Virus record (IMG/VR): IMGVR_UViG_3300035034_001216
Coordinates: 8,522-72,521 of that record
DNA length: 64,000 nucleotides
Source of the DNA: a virus
Reading direction: 5' to 3' (one strand)
Position 1 is the first letter of the stretch. Every line of letters starts with the position of its first letter. Positions 39,740 to 49,295 of the stretch are shown one piece after another. A model generated the notes under the pieces. The model ran no database searches and was not told the DNA's origin. It saw only the letters and a program-made list of their open reading frames with translations. Position numbers and translations under genes: made by a program.

Positions 39740-40121
39740 TTTTTGATTTTATTAGTTTTAATGATTCAAATAACGCTTTTTCCAGCGCTTCCTCATATGT
39801 TTTTTCCACCACACTTATTTCTTTTTTTTGATACATTTTTAAAGTATCCATATAATATAATTGCCATCCAAAAGATTTAAAAGCTATTCCATTTTTACAA
39901 GTAACTCCTACAACAGCTATTTCAATATGAATTCTATGAGTTTCTCTAATCCATTTTTGAAGTAATGATTGTGTTGATGCAGAATACAGTTTTCTTTCCT
40001 GGTCTCCTATAAAATGTCTTGCCCAGATTTTTCCAGTTTCATTATAGAGTCTGTACCCTATAAAAAATCCTTTTTCTTTAGCTAATTTAGCTGTTTCAAA
40101 TGATATTAATTGTTCTTTCAT
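39729..40121 (-). CDS. hypothetical protein of a type common in Bacteroidota phages
   Basis: MKEQLISFETAKLAKEKGF...TQSLLQKWIRE...TYEEALE pattern. Confidence 0.65.
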   Translation of the reverse strand: MKEQLISFETAKLAKEKGFFIGYRLYNETGKIWARHFIGDQERKLYSASTQSLLQKWIRETHRIHIEIAVVGVTCKNGIAFKSFGWQLYYMDTLKMYQKKEISVVEKTYEEALEKALFESLKLIKSKNEN

Positions 40122-40124
40122 ATT

Positions 40125-41210
40125 TTAATTTATAGGTGATAACATTTCTACTGGAATATTAGGATATGATTTGTAATCTTTTAGTTTAAAATCTGATATT
40201 TCAGCTTCATCCAATAAATCATCCAATGAACATGATTCTAAAGAAAAATCTGCTTGTGAAACTATATTTAAAGTAGGTAACTCATATTTAAAAGCACTCC
40301 TTTTAGTTAACTCTCTGGCAGCATTCCAGCTATTCTCATATAAATGAACATTGCTTAAATCACCAATAAGACGTTTAGGAAGCATGTTGGTTAGCTTACC
40401 TATAATGTGCGCTAAAAGTGCGTAGGATGCTATATTAAAGGGCAAACCAAGGTATGTGTCTACACTACGTTGATGCCATTTTAAATCAAATGTATAATAA
40501 GGTATATTATTTTCAGTTAAAAATTTAGAAATACTATTTTCTGCATCTGAAACAATACCTTCATTTGTAGTTCCCGGTTGAAATATTTGAATTCTTTCCA
40601 AAGTTGTTAAACGTCTTGGTAATATTTCAAAACTCCAATGACAAGGTGGTAAAGTTGTTTTATGTAATTCTGCTGGATTCCAAGCTGTTATAACATGTCT
40701 TCTGTTAATTGGATAATCAGATTTAAGATTATTAATTAATAATGATATTTGATCTGTATGAACACCTTCATTATTAATTTCATTTAATTTTCTCCATTGA
40801 ACACCATAATTTCTACCTACATCTCCATATTTATAATTAATTTTACACTCTTTTCCTGGAAGATCATTTTCTATGATAGCTATTAAAAATTCTTTAAATT
40901 CTAATTGTATCATTTTATTATTAGAATTTTTTAAATACCAGTTATAAGCATCTTTATTCCAAATATTAATATCATTATCTATTAAATATTTAATGTTTGT
41001 ATCACCTCTTAGAAACCATAGTAACTCACCAACTACACCTTTCCAGTATAACTTTTTGAGATTAATAGCTGGGAATCCTTCAGTTAGATCAATGTCTAAC
41101 GTATGAGATGATATTTGTTTACATTTAACATCTCTTTTTTTATCTGTATACTCATACCCTTCATAGAGTATTTTTTTTAATAATAATTTATATTGCTCGT
41201 TTACGTTCAT
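40125..41210 (-). CDS. thyA: thymidylate synthase
   Basis: ELLWFLRG, YGVQWR, AWNP, LPPCH, QRSVD.YLGLPFNIASY and HLYEN. Confidence 0.95.
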   Translation of the reverse strand: MNVNEQYKLLLKKILYEGYEYTDKKRDVKCKQISSHTLDIDLTEGFPAINLKKLYWKGVVGELLWFLRGDTNIKYLIDNDINIWNKDAYNWYLKNSNNKMIQLEFKEFLIAIIENDLPGKECKINYKYGDVGRNYGVQWRKLNEINNEGVHTDQISLLINNLKSDYPINRRHVITAWNPAELHKTTLPPCHWSFEILPRRLTTLERIQIFQPGTTNEGIVSDAENSISKFLTENNIPYYTFDLKWHQRSVDTYLGLPFNIASYALLAHIIGKLTNMLPKRLIGDLSNVHLYENSWNAARELTKRSAFKYELPTLNIVSQADFSLESCSLDDLLDEAEISDFKLKDYKSYPNIPVEMLSPIN

Positions 41211-41230
41211 TTTATTAATTTTTTAGTTTG

Positions 41231-41274
41231 AGCATAGAGGGGGAAACGATCCCCCTCCAAGTTCCAAATATGCT
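41231..41274 (-). other. intergenic RNA hairpin, T-arm/minihelix-like
   Basis: AGCAUA...GAGGGGG-AUCGUUU-CCCCCUC-UAUGCU on the - strand, between the SSB-like gene and thyA. Confidence 0.5.
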
Positions 41275-41279
41275 TATAA

Positions 41280-42149
41280 TTAGAATAACTCATTCACTTC
41301 TTCTGCACTTTTGTCAGTTGGTTCTGACATATCATCACTCGATGTCGAAACAGGAGCAATAGGACGTACATAAGCTTGTAATGTAGTGTCATTCTGGAAA
41401 TCAGCTTTAAATCCGTTATAATCGGAAGTGGCTGACTTTAGAAGATTACCAAATGTTTTTCTAGTACCTCTTTCGAAGTCATAGGCGTATACTCCTTGGT
41501 ACTTACCATCTTGTACACCCAACAAAACATTTATTGTTTTATCTTCTTCATTCTTAGCTGCTACAATTTCTTGTAGCTCAGACATATCACCTGAAAGCAT
41601 AGCATCGTAATCATTAAATACCAAGTTGGTATCATCATCACGTAGATCTGCATTAATATAGTTAGCAAAAAAGTTAATCACTTGATCTTCTCCTTCCTTA
41701 CATACTCTAATGCTATTCTCTGAGAACCATTTGTTCCCAGCTTTACTTTCATAATTAATAGCTACTTCAGCAGACTCTGCCCAAGTAGTTTGATTCTTAC
41801 CATTGATGAACATATTTTTCGTTTCATCCTTGTTAATTCTTTCCTTTTCGGTTAGAAAAATAGCAAGTTTGAAAGGATCTTTATAGTCCTTCATTGTACT
41901 GGTTCCCGAATCAAAATATTTGGTTCCTTCTACAGGCTTCATCCAAATATCTAATCTTACATTAGGGTCACCATTACGGTTTTGTCCTATGTAAGACGGT
42001 TCTTTCATGCTATCAACATCTCTACCAACTATCTCAGCTAGTTCTTCTTTCGAAGGGTTAATACCTACTATAACTGAATTACAAACACCTGTTACCAATG
42101 TTCGTTCTTGCTGCGTTTGCTCTTTAGCACTTAAAAAGTTATTGCTCAT
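41280..42149 (-). CDS. putative single-stranded DNA-binding protein (crAss-like)
   Basis: 289 aa with IVGINPS and RLDIW, and an acidic tail ending in LF. Lies downstream of the AAA ATPase and helicase genes. Confidence 0.55.
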   Translation of the reverse strand: MSNNFLSAKEQTQQERTLVTGVCNSVIVGINPSKEELAEIVGRDVDSMKEPSYIGQNRNGDPNVRLDIWMKPVEGTKYFDSGTSTMKDYKDPFKLAIFLTEKERINKDETKNMFINGKNQTTWAESAEVAINYESKAGNKWFSENSIRVCKEGEDQVINFFANYINADLRDDDTNLVFNDYDAMLSGDMSELQEIVAAKNEEDKTINVLLGVQDGKYQGVYAYDFERGTRKTFGNLLKSATSDYNGFKADFQNDTTLQAYVRPIAPVSTSSDDMSEPTDKSAEEVNELF

Positions 42150-42184
42150 ATATATTGTATTATTATTTGTCTATTTATTATTAA

Positions 42185-42706
42185 TTAACGAATTGAAACT
42201 CTCATTCTACTTCTTTCTCTTGCTCTTCTTCTTTCCGTAATATTCCAATTGTAATTGTCTTTATCCTGAGATAATAAAACATCTTCCCCTAATAGAGGTA
42301 AAATTTGAAAAATTGAATTACAACAATGTATTTCATTTAACTTATAAACTTTTGGATATTTTTTAATATCATAAGGCATAAGTCTCAATCTAATTATATT
42401 TTCTACAATTAAATCTTTATTTAAAAGATTACTTCTATGTGAAGTACTCTCTTTCGATCTTCTTATTTCGAATTGTTCGATAAGATCATCTTTTAACAAA
42501 ATGTCAAAAATGAGTTTAGATTCTTCATTACTTTTAAATAATGTATCTGATATTTTTTCTGTGTTCTTAGTACCCGAATCTTCTCCTATAAGAGAAAATC
42601 CATTTACTTTATCTTCAGTAAAAATTAATGATCTAAACTTCTTCTGATTTTCAACTTCTATATATATGTCTTCATTTTCTATATCGTAATAAAGATATTT
42701 TATCAT
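42185..42706 (-). CDS. hypothetical protein
   Basis: 173-aa ORF in the operon. Confidence 0.55.
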   Translation of the reverse strand: MIKYLYYDIENEDIYIEVENQKKFRSLIFTEDKVNGFSLIGEDSGTKNTEKISDTLFKSNEESKLIFDILLKDDLIEQFEIRRSKESTSHRSNLLNKDLIVENIIRLRLMPYDIKKYPKVYKLNEIHCCNSIFQILPLLGEDVLLSQDKDNYNWNITERRRARERSRMRVSIR

Positions 42707-42707
42707 T

Positions 42708-43481
42708 TTAGTCTATGTATATTTTGTCCCAATTATTAGTAATTAATTTTCTATCCATTCCTACACCGTCAAATTGTAGTAAAGGAAAGGATTGACCTGC
42801 TAAGTGAGGGCTTCTACTTCCACCTTCAATATTTTTACTATCAAAGTTAATCATCAAGTCACCAGTTTTTCTATCTGCATAGAGAAACCCAATAGCTTGT
42901 GCTCCTGCCGCTGCAATATTAGCAGATTTACCTGTCAAATCAATTGAGTTGATAGGCATTTCTTTTCCTGTCTCATTAATATATTTATCTTTGGTGTGAC
43001 ATACCATTATTAGATTTTTAGATATCTTACGAAATCTTTCAATCCAACTTTTGAGGGATTCTCTTGTGTACATATAACCACCACCTTGAGGTAAAGAAAG
43101 AACAGATTCCCAGTCTCTACGGGCTAATATATTCCCAGCTGCGTCTCTGTTAAATTTCTTACCTATAGTGGTTTTCATATAATTCTCAGTAGCTTCCCAT
43201 TCACACCACTCTTCAAGTTTAGAAAGAGTATCCACAGCTATATAATCATATTTATGTTCTGATTTGTGTATGTCTATAACTATTTGTTTCAATTCTTCTA
43301 AATTATTTGCATAGACTTTCATGGCTTCTATGCTTTGTGTGCCTCGTTCTAAATCAATAATTAAACAATTATCTAATGCTGAAAGAGCCGTTGTTTTACC
43401 AACTTTTGGTCTTCCAAATAGTATTAATTCAGTTGGACTTAGCTTTTCAGCTTTTGTTTTTGTTGTAGGTAATGTCATCAT
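42708..43481 (-). CDS. AAA ATPase, Sak4/AAA_24-like
   Basis: FGRPKVGKTT, IIDLERG, IAVDTLS and VCHTK. Confidence 0.8.
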   Translation of the reverse strand: MMTLPTTKTKAEKLSPTELILFGRPKVGKTTALSALDNCLIIDLERGTQSIEAMKVYANNLEELKQIVIDIHKSEHKYDYIAVDTLSKLEEWCEWEATENYMKTTIGKKFNRDAAGNILARRDWESVLSLPQGGGYMYTRESLKSWIERFRKISKNLIMVCHTKDKYINETGKEMPINSIDLTGKSANIAAAGAQAIGFLYADRKTGDLMINFDSKNIEGGSRSPHLAGQSFPLLQFDGVGMDRKLITNNWDKIYID

Positions 43482-44473
43482 TTATATATCATTTCTTTTG
43501 GTAAAGGATATTCTTCAAAATATCCTGATTTTCCTATAAATTTTAACCCTACTGCTGCATTATCTTCTCCATCTCTATTCTTTAGCACATGTAATCCTCT
43601 GAATTCTCCTTTTAAATTGTTTATATCGTAATCTTTGTATTTATCTATTCCGTATCTGTATGGTGCAAATAGAGCTAATACAACATTAGCGTCTTCTTGC
43701 GTTGAAGAAGTATCCTTAAAATCTGACAGTTGAGGTTCTACCCTTTCTATCTTAAATCTATCAGATGAAGAAATACTTCTATTAAATTGTGATACCATTA
43801 CTGGAATAATACCACATTTATTTCTATAATATATCAATCTTTTTGATACATCATCAATGGCTTTCTTTTTATCTCCTGAAGATATTAAGCCTACGTGATC
43901 CATGATAACTATAGTATACTTATTAGGATCATTAGCAACGTAATAACTTTCTCCTTTCTTGTTTTTATACCAAGAACCATTATCCTTGACATATTTACTT
44001 AAAATTTGATTGATCTTTTCAGGAGTATAACTTTCATCATATATATCAACTACGTCTTCCATAGCTTCAAAATATGTCTTATATTCGTTTATAAGCTTTC
44101 TAACATAGGGAGGTATTTTAAAATTACCCCTTGATAGAATCTCATTTGCGGATATATCTATACCGTGATCAATGTATAATCTTCTACATATACCTTTCAC
44201 TAGTTTGAAATTATATTCAATCTCTAATGAGAAATATATTACTTTTAGACTGATTATATCTTTGTTTTTCATATAGTCATAAGGACTATATAAGAATGCA
44301 TGGTCTGTAAAAGCAGTTTTACCACTACCCGTTTCTCCACCAATTGTATAATAGGTTGATCGCTGTACGTTTGGTATTATGCGTTTCAATCTATTAAACC
44401 CATGAGGAAGACCTTTATTTCTACCGGCCATCCCGTCATCCACCATTTTAATTATGTCTTCAAATCTACTCAT
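43478..44473 (-). CDS. replicative SF4 (DnaB-like) helicase
   Basis: GGETGSGKT, YFSLE, IMDH, VSQFNR, QEDAN and LKNRDG. Confidence 0.88.
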   Translation of the reverse strand: MSRFEDIIKMVDDGMAGRNKGLPHGFNRLKRIIPNVQRSTYYTIGGETGSGKTAFTDHAFLYSPYDYMKNKDIISLKVIYFSLEIEYNFKLVKGICRRLYIDHGIDISANEILSRGNFKIPPYVRKLINEYKTYFEAMEDVVDIYDESYTPEKINQILSKYVKDNGSWYKNKKGESYYVANDPNKYTIVIMDHVGLISSGDKKKAIDDVSKRLIYYRNKCGIIPVMVSQFNRSISSSDRFKIERVEPQLSDFKDTSSTQEDANVVLALFAPYRYGIDKYKDYDINNLKGEFRGLHVLKNRDGEDNAAVGLKFIGKSGYFEEYPLPKEMIYK

Positions 44474-44994
44474 ATAAGATCCCTCCCACTATTAGACGGA
44501 TGTTCTTCTTCTACATCTAAATATCCTTCCCATGACTTATTGTTTATATAAGTGGACATTAATTTAGGTGCGGGGAAAAAATCATCACGTTTGGAAGCTA
44601 TTGATCTTAGATCTATTTCGCTTTGAAGACCTTTGAGCACCTTCTCATGCACTTTCAAATCTTTCTTAAGTAACCTTAAATATTTAGCCTTACAAGGGCT
44701 AGGAGAGTCATGTAAACGTCTTGGACCATCTTTCTTGGGATACATATCTTTAAATTGTTCCCAGTAGATGTCTAAGTCTTCTACTTTATTATCTCCAAAT
44801 AGTTCGTCTGGTATTTTTATTGTTAAATTTCCATTGGAATCTATATATTGTTTTTCTTTCAGCTTTTCTAGAGCCTTATCATAATTGAATTTTGTATCGT
44901 TTAGCTTGTTATTCTTTATCAGAAATAGAACTATATATTCATTGGCACTTAATCCGTATTCGTATAAGCTTTCAATGTTTATAGCTATATTCAT
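44470..44994 (-). CDS. putative replication initiator / helicase loader
   Basis: wHTH-like N-terminus plus F..MYP.K and TYINNKSWE. Immediately upstream of the SF4 helicase. Confidence 0.5.
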   Translation of the reverse strand: MNIAINIESLYEYGLSANEYIVLFLIKNNKLNDTKFNYDKALEKLKEKQYIDSNGNLTIKIPDELFGDNKVEDLDIYWEQFKDMYPKKDGPRRLHDSPSPCKAKYLRLLKKDLKVHEKVLKGLQSEIDLRSIASKRDDFFPAPKLMSTYINNKSWEGYLDVEEEHPSNSGRDLI

Positions 44995-44995
44995 A

Positions 44996-45175
44996 TTATT
45001 TTCTCTTTTTCTTGTTAGGAACTCGTTTATAATTTAAATTACATTCCATGCAGTCTACTATAATTGGCGTATTTCCATAGCCTATATCAACTACTCCACC
45101 ACCACCACAATTGCCGCATACAAAACCTTTTTTTATCTTTTTTTTACTATTTTCATCAGGCACATCTTGTATCAT
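44996..45175 (-). CDS. 59-aa zinc-finger protein (not in ORF track)
   Basis: Own translation MIQDVPDENSKKKIKKGFVCGNCGGGGVVDIGYGNTPIIVDCMECNLNYKRVPNKKKRK*, with two CxxC motifs. Confidence 0.6.
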   Translation of the reverse strand: MIQDVPDENSKKKIKKGFVCGNCGGGGVVDIGYGNTPIIVDCMECNLNYKRVPNKKKRK

Positions 45176-46263
45176 TATAAGTTTTTTTGATTTATATATT
45201 CTATGTTTTCAAATGTAGATAGAGCATTATCCACCCATACTTCATCTTGTGTATCTAATACAGATATAATCCATATCATAGCTTTGTGATCATCTCTAAG
45301 TCTAACTATTCTACCTACTCTTTGTACAAGATCTTTTTCTTTAGAATTAGCTTGTACAATTAAAGCAGCATCTACATTTGGTATATTTAAACCTTCATTA
45401 AGTGCTTTAACACACGACAAACGATTAATTTTACCATCTATAAATGCTTGTAGATCTTTATCATCAGTTTTAGAATGATACCTGTGTTTACAAAGTTCAT
45501 CTGCTTGTTTAATACTACCACAGAAGATGATTGTGCGTAAATCTTTATCAATATATTGATCTAATATTTTCTTGGCAAGTTCTGTTTTAGACTCCAAATC
45601 ATATATAAATCTCATTCTACTCATAGTGGCCCATATAGGATCTTTTCCACCATAACGTAGTATATTAATAAGTCGACTTAAGTTTTCGTACTTCTTCCGT
45701 TCTGTAACATAATAATAATTTCCTTTTTTCCCAGCTTTTACTGATTTATTTTTATGGTCTAAACGAGTTTCTACAACTTTTATCTCATAAGGTGATACAA
45801 CTCCGTCTTTTACACCTTCACTTAATGTGTATGTAAATTTTACAGGAGCTATCTTATTAATAATTTCATATTTAATATCATCTTCTGGTACAGTTGCTGT
45901 TAAACCTATTACTCTTTTAACTTTGTTATTTTTAAAGAATACTACATTATTTTCTGTAATGTTATGTATTTCATCACATATAACTAAATCAAAATCTTCA
46001 TCTATTACTTTTGCTATGGATGCATAGCAATACCTTTTAATTTTATCATAATATTTTATTGCGTCCCATTTCTCAAACTCTTCCTTCCAATTATTATCTC
46101 TTAATTTAACAGTAGGAACGATAAGAGCTATTGTTTTGGACTTTAATTCTTTTAAAGCCATAATACTGACTCGAGATTTTCCCGAGCCAGTACACATAGC
46201 CAACGTTAATTTATCATTCTCCAGACACTGCTGGAGAGCTTTCTCTTGTACTTCTCTCCTCAT
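45175..46263 (-). CDS. SF2 DNA helicase (DExH)
   Basis: TGSGKS, CDEIH, GLTAT, LNEGLN and QRVGRIVR. Confidence 0.9.
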   Translation of the reverse strand: MRREVQEKALQQCLENDKLTLAMCTGSGKSRVSIMALKELKSKTIALIVPTVKLRDNNWKEEFEKWDAIKYYDKIKRYCYASIAKVIDEDFDLVICDEIHNITENNVVFFKNNKVKRVIGLTATVPEDDIKYEIINKIAPVKFTYTLSEGVKDGVVSPYEIKVVETRLDHKNKSVKAGKKGNYYYVTERKKYENLSRLINILRYGGKDPIWATMSRMRFIYDLESKTELAKKILDQYIDKDLRTIIFCGSIKQADELCKHRYHSKTDDKDLQAFIDGKINRLSCVKALNEGLNIPNVDAALIVQANSKEKDLVQRVGRIVRLRDDHKAMIWIISVLDTQDEVWVDNALSTFENIEYINQKNL

Positions 46264-47731
46264 TTTCTTTCACTTCTTCAAGGAGTTTGTTTTTAATATA
46301 AGTAACTAACTTTTTAACAACTGTATTTACTTTTACTCTTTGTTCTTCAGCAGCGGGTATAATTTCATAGTCACGTTCTAGTAATATAGAATCTATAACC
46401 CTTCTCGAATCTTGAGACTTTTTATCGTCTATAAACATAAACAATCCTAGTTTTAATTTAGTTTCATGACACGAATTACACGGGATTTTGTTATTAAAAC
46501 CAATAACTTGTTGTGAAACACAACTTTCACATTCAGTCCAATACCAATCAATCCTCTTTCTAGAATCATCTATTGCTGTTAGAGTATCGACTACAATTTT
46601 ACCAAGCTTTGTTTCTTCAGCAAAATCTAAATCAAGATATTCTCTTTTAGAAACAAATTGATAAATTCTTTGTCGTATAGCCATTGTTGTAAAATCTTGT
46701 GCTTTTTCTATTTCTTTACAACAACCTTTACTAATACCACATTGATCTCCGTCAAAAGCACTATTACAATGACATGCAAATGGATTAACACTTGTAATTA
46801 TGTTCTTTTTGTAATAAGAATTTTGTAAAGAAGCAGTTCTATAGAAAAACGTAAAAGCTATACTTCTTATAACATCATTATCAGGAAAAATATCAACTTG
46901 ATGAGAATTTGCTTTTGATGCCCATAAATTGGACATATAAACATTCATATTCCTATGTGCTGAATCATTAATACCAGTAGTACTAGGAGTGCTACGAACA
47001 TTAGGATGAGTACTTCCAAAATTAGATTGCCTGGGATTGTTGAATGACTGTTCTCTATGTCCCTGATTCCAATTAGTTGTAGACCTGTGTTTAGTTGGAA
47101 ATTCATCTTTAAATGAATCATTTGAAAAGTAATAACCTTTATTTGAATCACTCTGTATAAAATTTCCATGCACAACAGCAGGTCTTCCCGCTTTTAAAAC
47201 CACTATCTTATTACTCCACCCCATGTCGTAAAAGTCTCTGAATTCATCATCAAAGTGTTTCTTCATGTACTGCATAAAGGTAAAATCATTTTCTTTTGAT
47301 AAAAAATGATCTGTAAATAACAAAGTATCAGAAGTATCTTCTTTAGAATTACTAACTTTCATTCTAAACTTACTTATGTACCCATTGTGAAATACAACAT
47401 TGTTCTTAGTTAATATACGTTTTTGTTTGTTTTCATCTTCATTTGATATTATAGGATGTGTTGTTTTTAAATTACTAGCAGTTCCGGGAGATGAATTTCT
47501 TAAGTGTACAACAATTAATTTATCCTTCAACAACCCTTTTCTGTCAAACCAATTTAATGATTTCAACATAGAAGCTGCTGTTTTAAATCCCTTCTTTACT
47601 AGTATATCTTCTTTGTTTTTTATAGCAAAACCAAACCCCGTATTATTTTTAACACTTGAGTTTTCAACACATTTTGTTATAAATTCATGATCATATTCAC
47701 TCGATTGCTTCTTGTATATTATTAGGCACAT
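46214..47731 (-). CDS. class II (Ntn) glutamine amidotransferase domain with Cys-rich C-terminal extension
   Basis: N-terminal MCLII (Cys nucleophile), HLRNSS, THP, FHNG and SDT. Several CxC/CxxC motifs in the tail. Confidence 0.75.
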   Translation of the reverse strand: MCLIIYKKQSSEYDHEFITKCVENSSVKNNTGFGFAIKNKEDILVKKGFKTAASMLKSLNWFDRKGLLKDKLIVVHLRNSSPGTASNLKTTHPIISNEDENKQKRILTKNNVVFHNGYISKFRMKVSNSKEDTSDTLLFTDHFLSKENDFTFMQYMKKHFDDEFRDFYDMGWSNKIVVLKAGRPAVVHGNFIQSDSNKGYYFSNDSFKDEFPTKHRSTTNWNQGHREQSFNNPRQSNFGSTHPNVRSTPSTTGINDSAHRNMNVYMSNLWASKANSHQVDIFPDNDVIRSIAFTFFYRTASLQNSYYKKNIITSVNPFACHCNSAFDGDQCGISKGCCKEIEKAQDFTTMAIRQRIYQFVSKREYLDLDFAEETKLGKIVVDTLTAIDDSRKRIDWYWTECESCVSQQVIGFNNKIPCNSCHETKLKLGLFMFIDDKKSQDSRRVIDSILLERDYEIIPAAEEQRVKVNTVVKKLVTYIKNKLLEEVKENEERSTRESSPAVSGE

Positions 47732-49295
47732 GTATCTTATTGTTTATTTTGTTTCTATGATTTAAAAATTGAGTAAATGATAAATTTTCAGGATAAGTAT
47801 TTTTTCTACCTATCATTGAAATTCTATTATTCATACGATCGTATAACTCATTGTCATAACTTTCAAGTATTATGTCTTTAACAGTAATCTTATCGGTTGT
47901 TAATATTTTGTATGATTTGTTTACTATAAACTTAACAAATGCTTTACAAAATAAAATCCAATCTTCTATTTCTTGATAATCAAGACTAGCTTGATATGGT
48001 CTAAATTCAAGAGTAAGATATTTATAAGGATATTCTCCTTTTTTATTACTTACACGACCATTTCTCTGATTGAACGTACAACTAATTAAATTTAACCATT
48101 TATATCTAAATTGTTGTGGAGTAATTTCACCTCTAAAAGGATCTTGATACCTACCACAATAACGATTTCCGGGATGTGGATTCTTTTTATTTTGCAAAGA
48201 ACCTACAAAGTTTCTATCGTATAGCATTTTATCATATAAATAAGAGTAAAAGAAATTGTCTGACATCTTTTTGTTATTAAACATCTTGTAAGATTTAACT
48301 CCTACATTATAATGTTCTTCAAGTAACAAACCACACATGTTATTATTACTCCTTGACTTGTGTAGAAAACCAAACAATTCATCTTGAATTTTATATCCAA
48401 GTATATATGCTAAATTTGTAAACCTTTTACTAAAAACAGTATTACCTACATGAACATGAATTCCACATGTATCATTAGTAATACATCTTTGGTTTACAAC
48501 ATCTAGTATGTTGTACAAATCATAAAATCCAGAGTCCTTATTTAAAATGCCAGTAACATATTCTCCACCAGTTATAGATCCATCTCTTGAACATTCAACA
48601 TCTACATTTCTTAGTTTAAATAAGTTTGAACTTATAGATCCCGCAGATGTTTCTATTTCTACTCCAAAAGTTAAATCGTCTTTTGATATTGAATTAAGAT
48701 TACTCTCTTTTCTATTAAACTTAGAAACATTACACCTTAGATAATTTCCTTGAAGTGCTTGATCACGTTTAGCCCATTCTGATTTATATTCAGACATACT
48801 GACAATTCTTCCCGGTTCAGATAAAAGCTCTTTAAAACCAAACTTTTCAATTTGATCATGTCTCATTACTATTAATGAATTTTTATGAGAAACTTTTATT
48901 AAAATACCCATTAATTCAGAAATATAAAATCGATCTTTATTACTGAACTTTTCATTTGAGTAATCATTTTTAAAACTAGCTTTTATATCATGAAATACTT
49001 CATTAATCAACATTTTATCTACAAGAGATACCTTTAAATTACTGGTATGAATTAATTGTTTATTCCCATCTTTGTCTATGAACTTTAACAAGCTTAGCCT
49101 TTTTGTTTCTTGTTCTTTATCTGTAGCATGATCCATTGTGAACATGCCTTTTTTGTATAATTTATAACCTTCTGATGTTTTGATTATTCTTTTGTCATCC
49201 TTTTTATAAAACGTGCCTTTTATTCTCACATAATCATTGGGATTTTTAAGAATATCATTATTAATATCTAGGTTCCCTATGTTGGCAACTTTCAT
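47697..49295 (-). CDS. putative amidoligase (COOH-NH2 ligase, glutamine-synthetase-like fold)
   Basis: TFGVEIET, DGSI, GEYVT, CGIHVHV, RYKWLN and LEFR. Confidence 0.85.
   Translation of the reverse strand: MKVANIGNLDINNDILKNPNDYVRIKGTFYKKDDKRIIKTSEGYKLYKKGMFTMDHATDKEQETKRLSLLKFIDKDGNKQLIHTSNLKVSLVDKMLINEVFHDIKASFKNDYSNEKFSNKDRFYISELMGILIKVSHKNSLIVMRHDQIEKFGFKELLSEPGRIVSMSEYKSEWAKRDQALQGNYLRCNVSKFNRKESNLNSISKDDLTFGVEIETSAGSISSNLFKLRNVDVECSRDGSITGGEYVTGILNKDSGFYDLYNILDVVNQRCITNDTCGIHVHVGNTVFSKRFTNLAYILGYKIQDELFGFLHKSRSNNNMCGLLLEEHYNVGVKSYKMFNNKKMSDNFFYSYLYDKMLYDRNFVGSLQNKKNPHPGNRYCGRYQDPFRGEITPQQFRYKWLNLISCTFNQRNGRVSNKKGEYPYKYLTLEFRPYQASLDYQEIEDWILFCKAFVKFIVNKSYKILTTDKITVKDIILESYDNELYDRMNNRISMIGRKNTYPENLSFTQFLNHRNKINNKIHVPNNIQEAIE

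Noticed and set aside
32506-44473. Additional introns or inteins in nrdJ, thyA, primase or helicase, which are common insertion targets
   Set aside because: All are continuous ORFs of normal length with motifs in order. The small ThyA insertions have no intein or intron signature.
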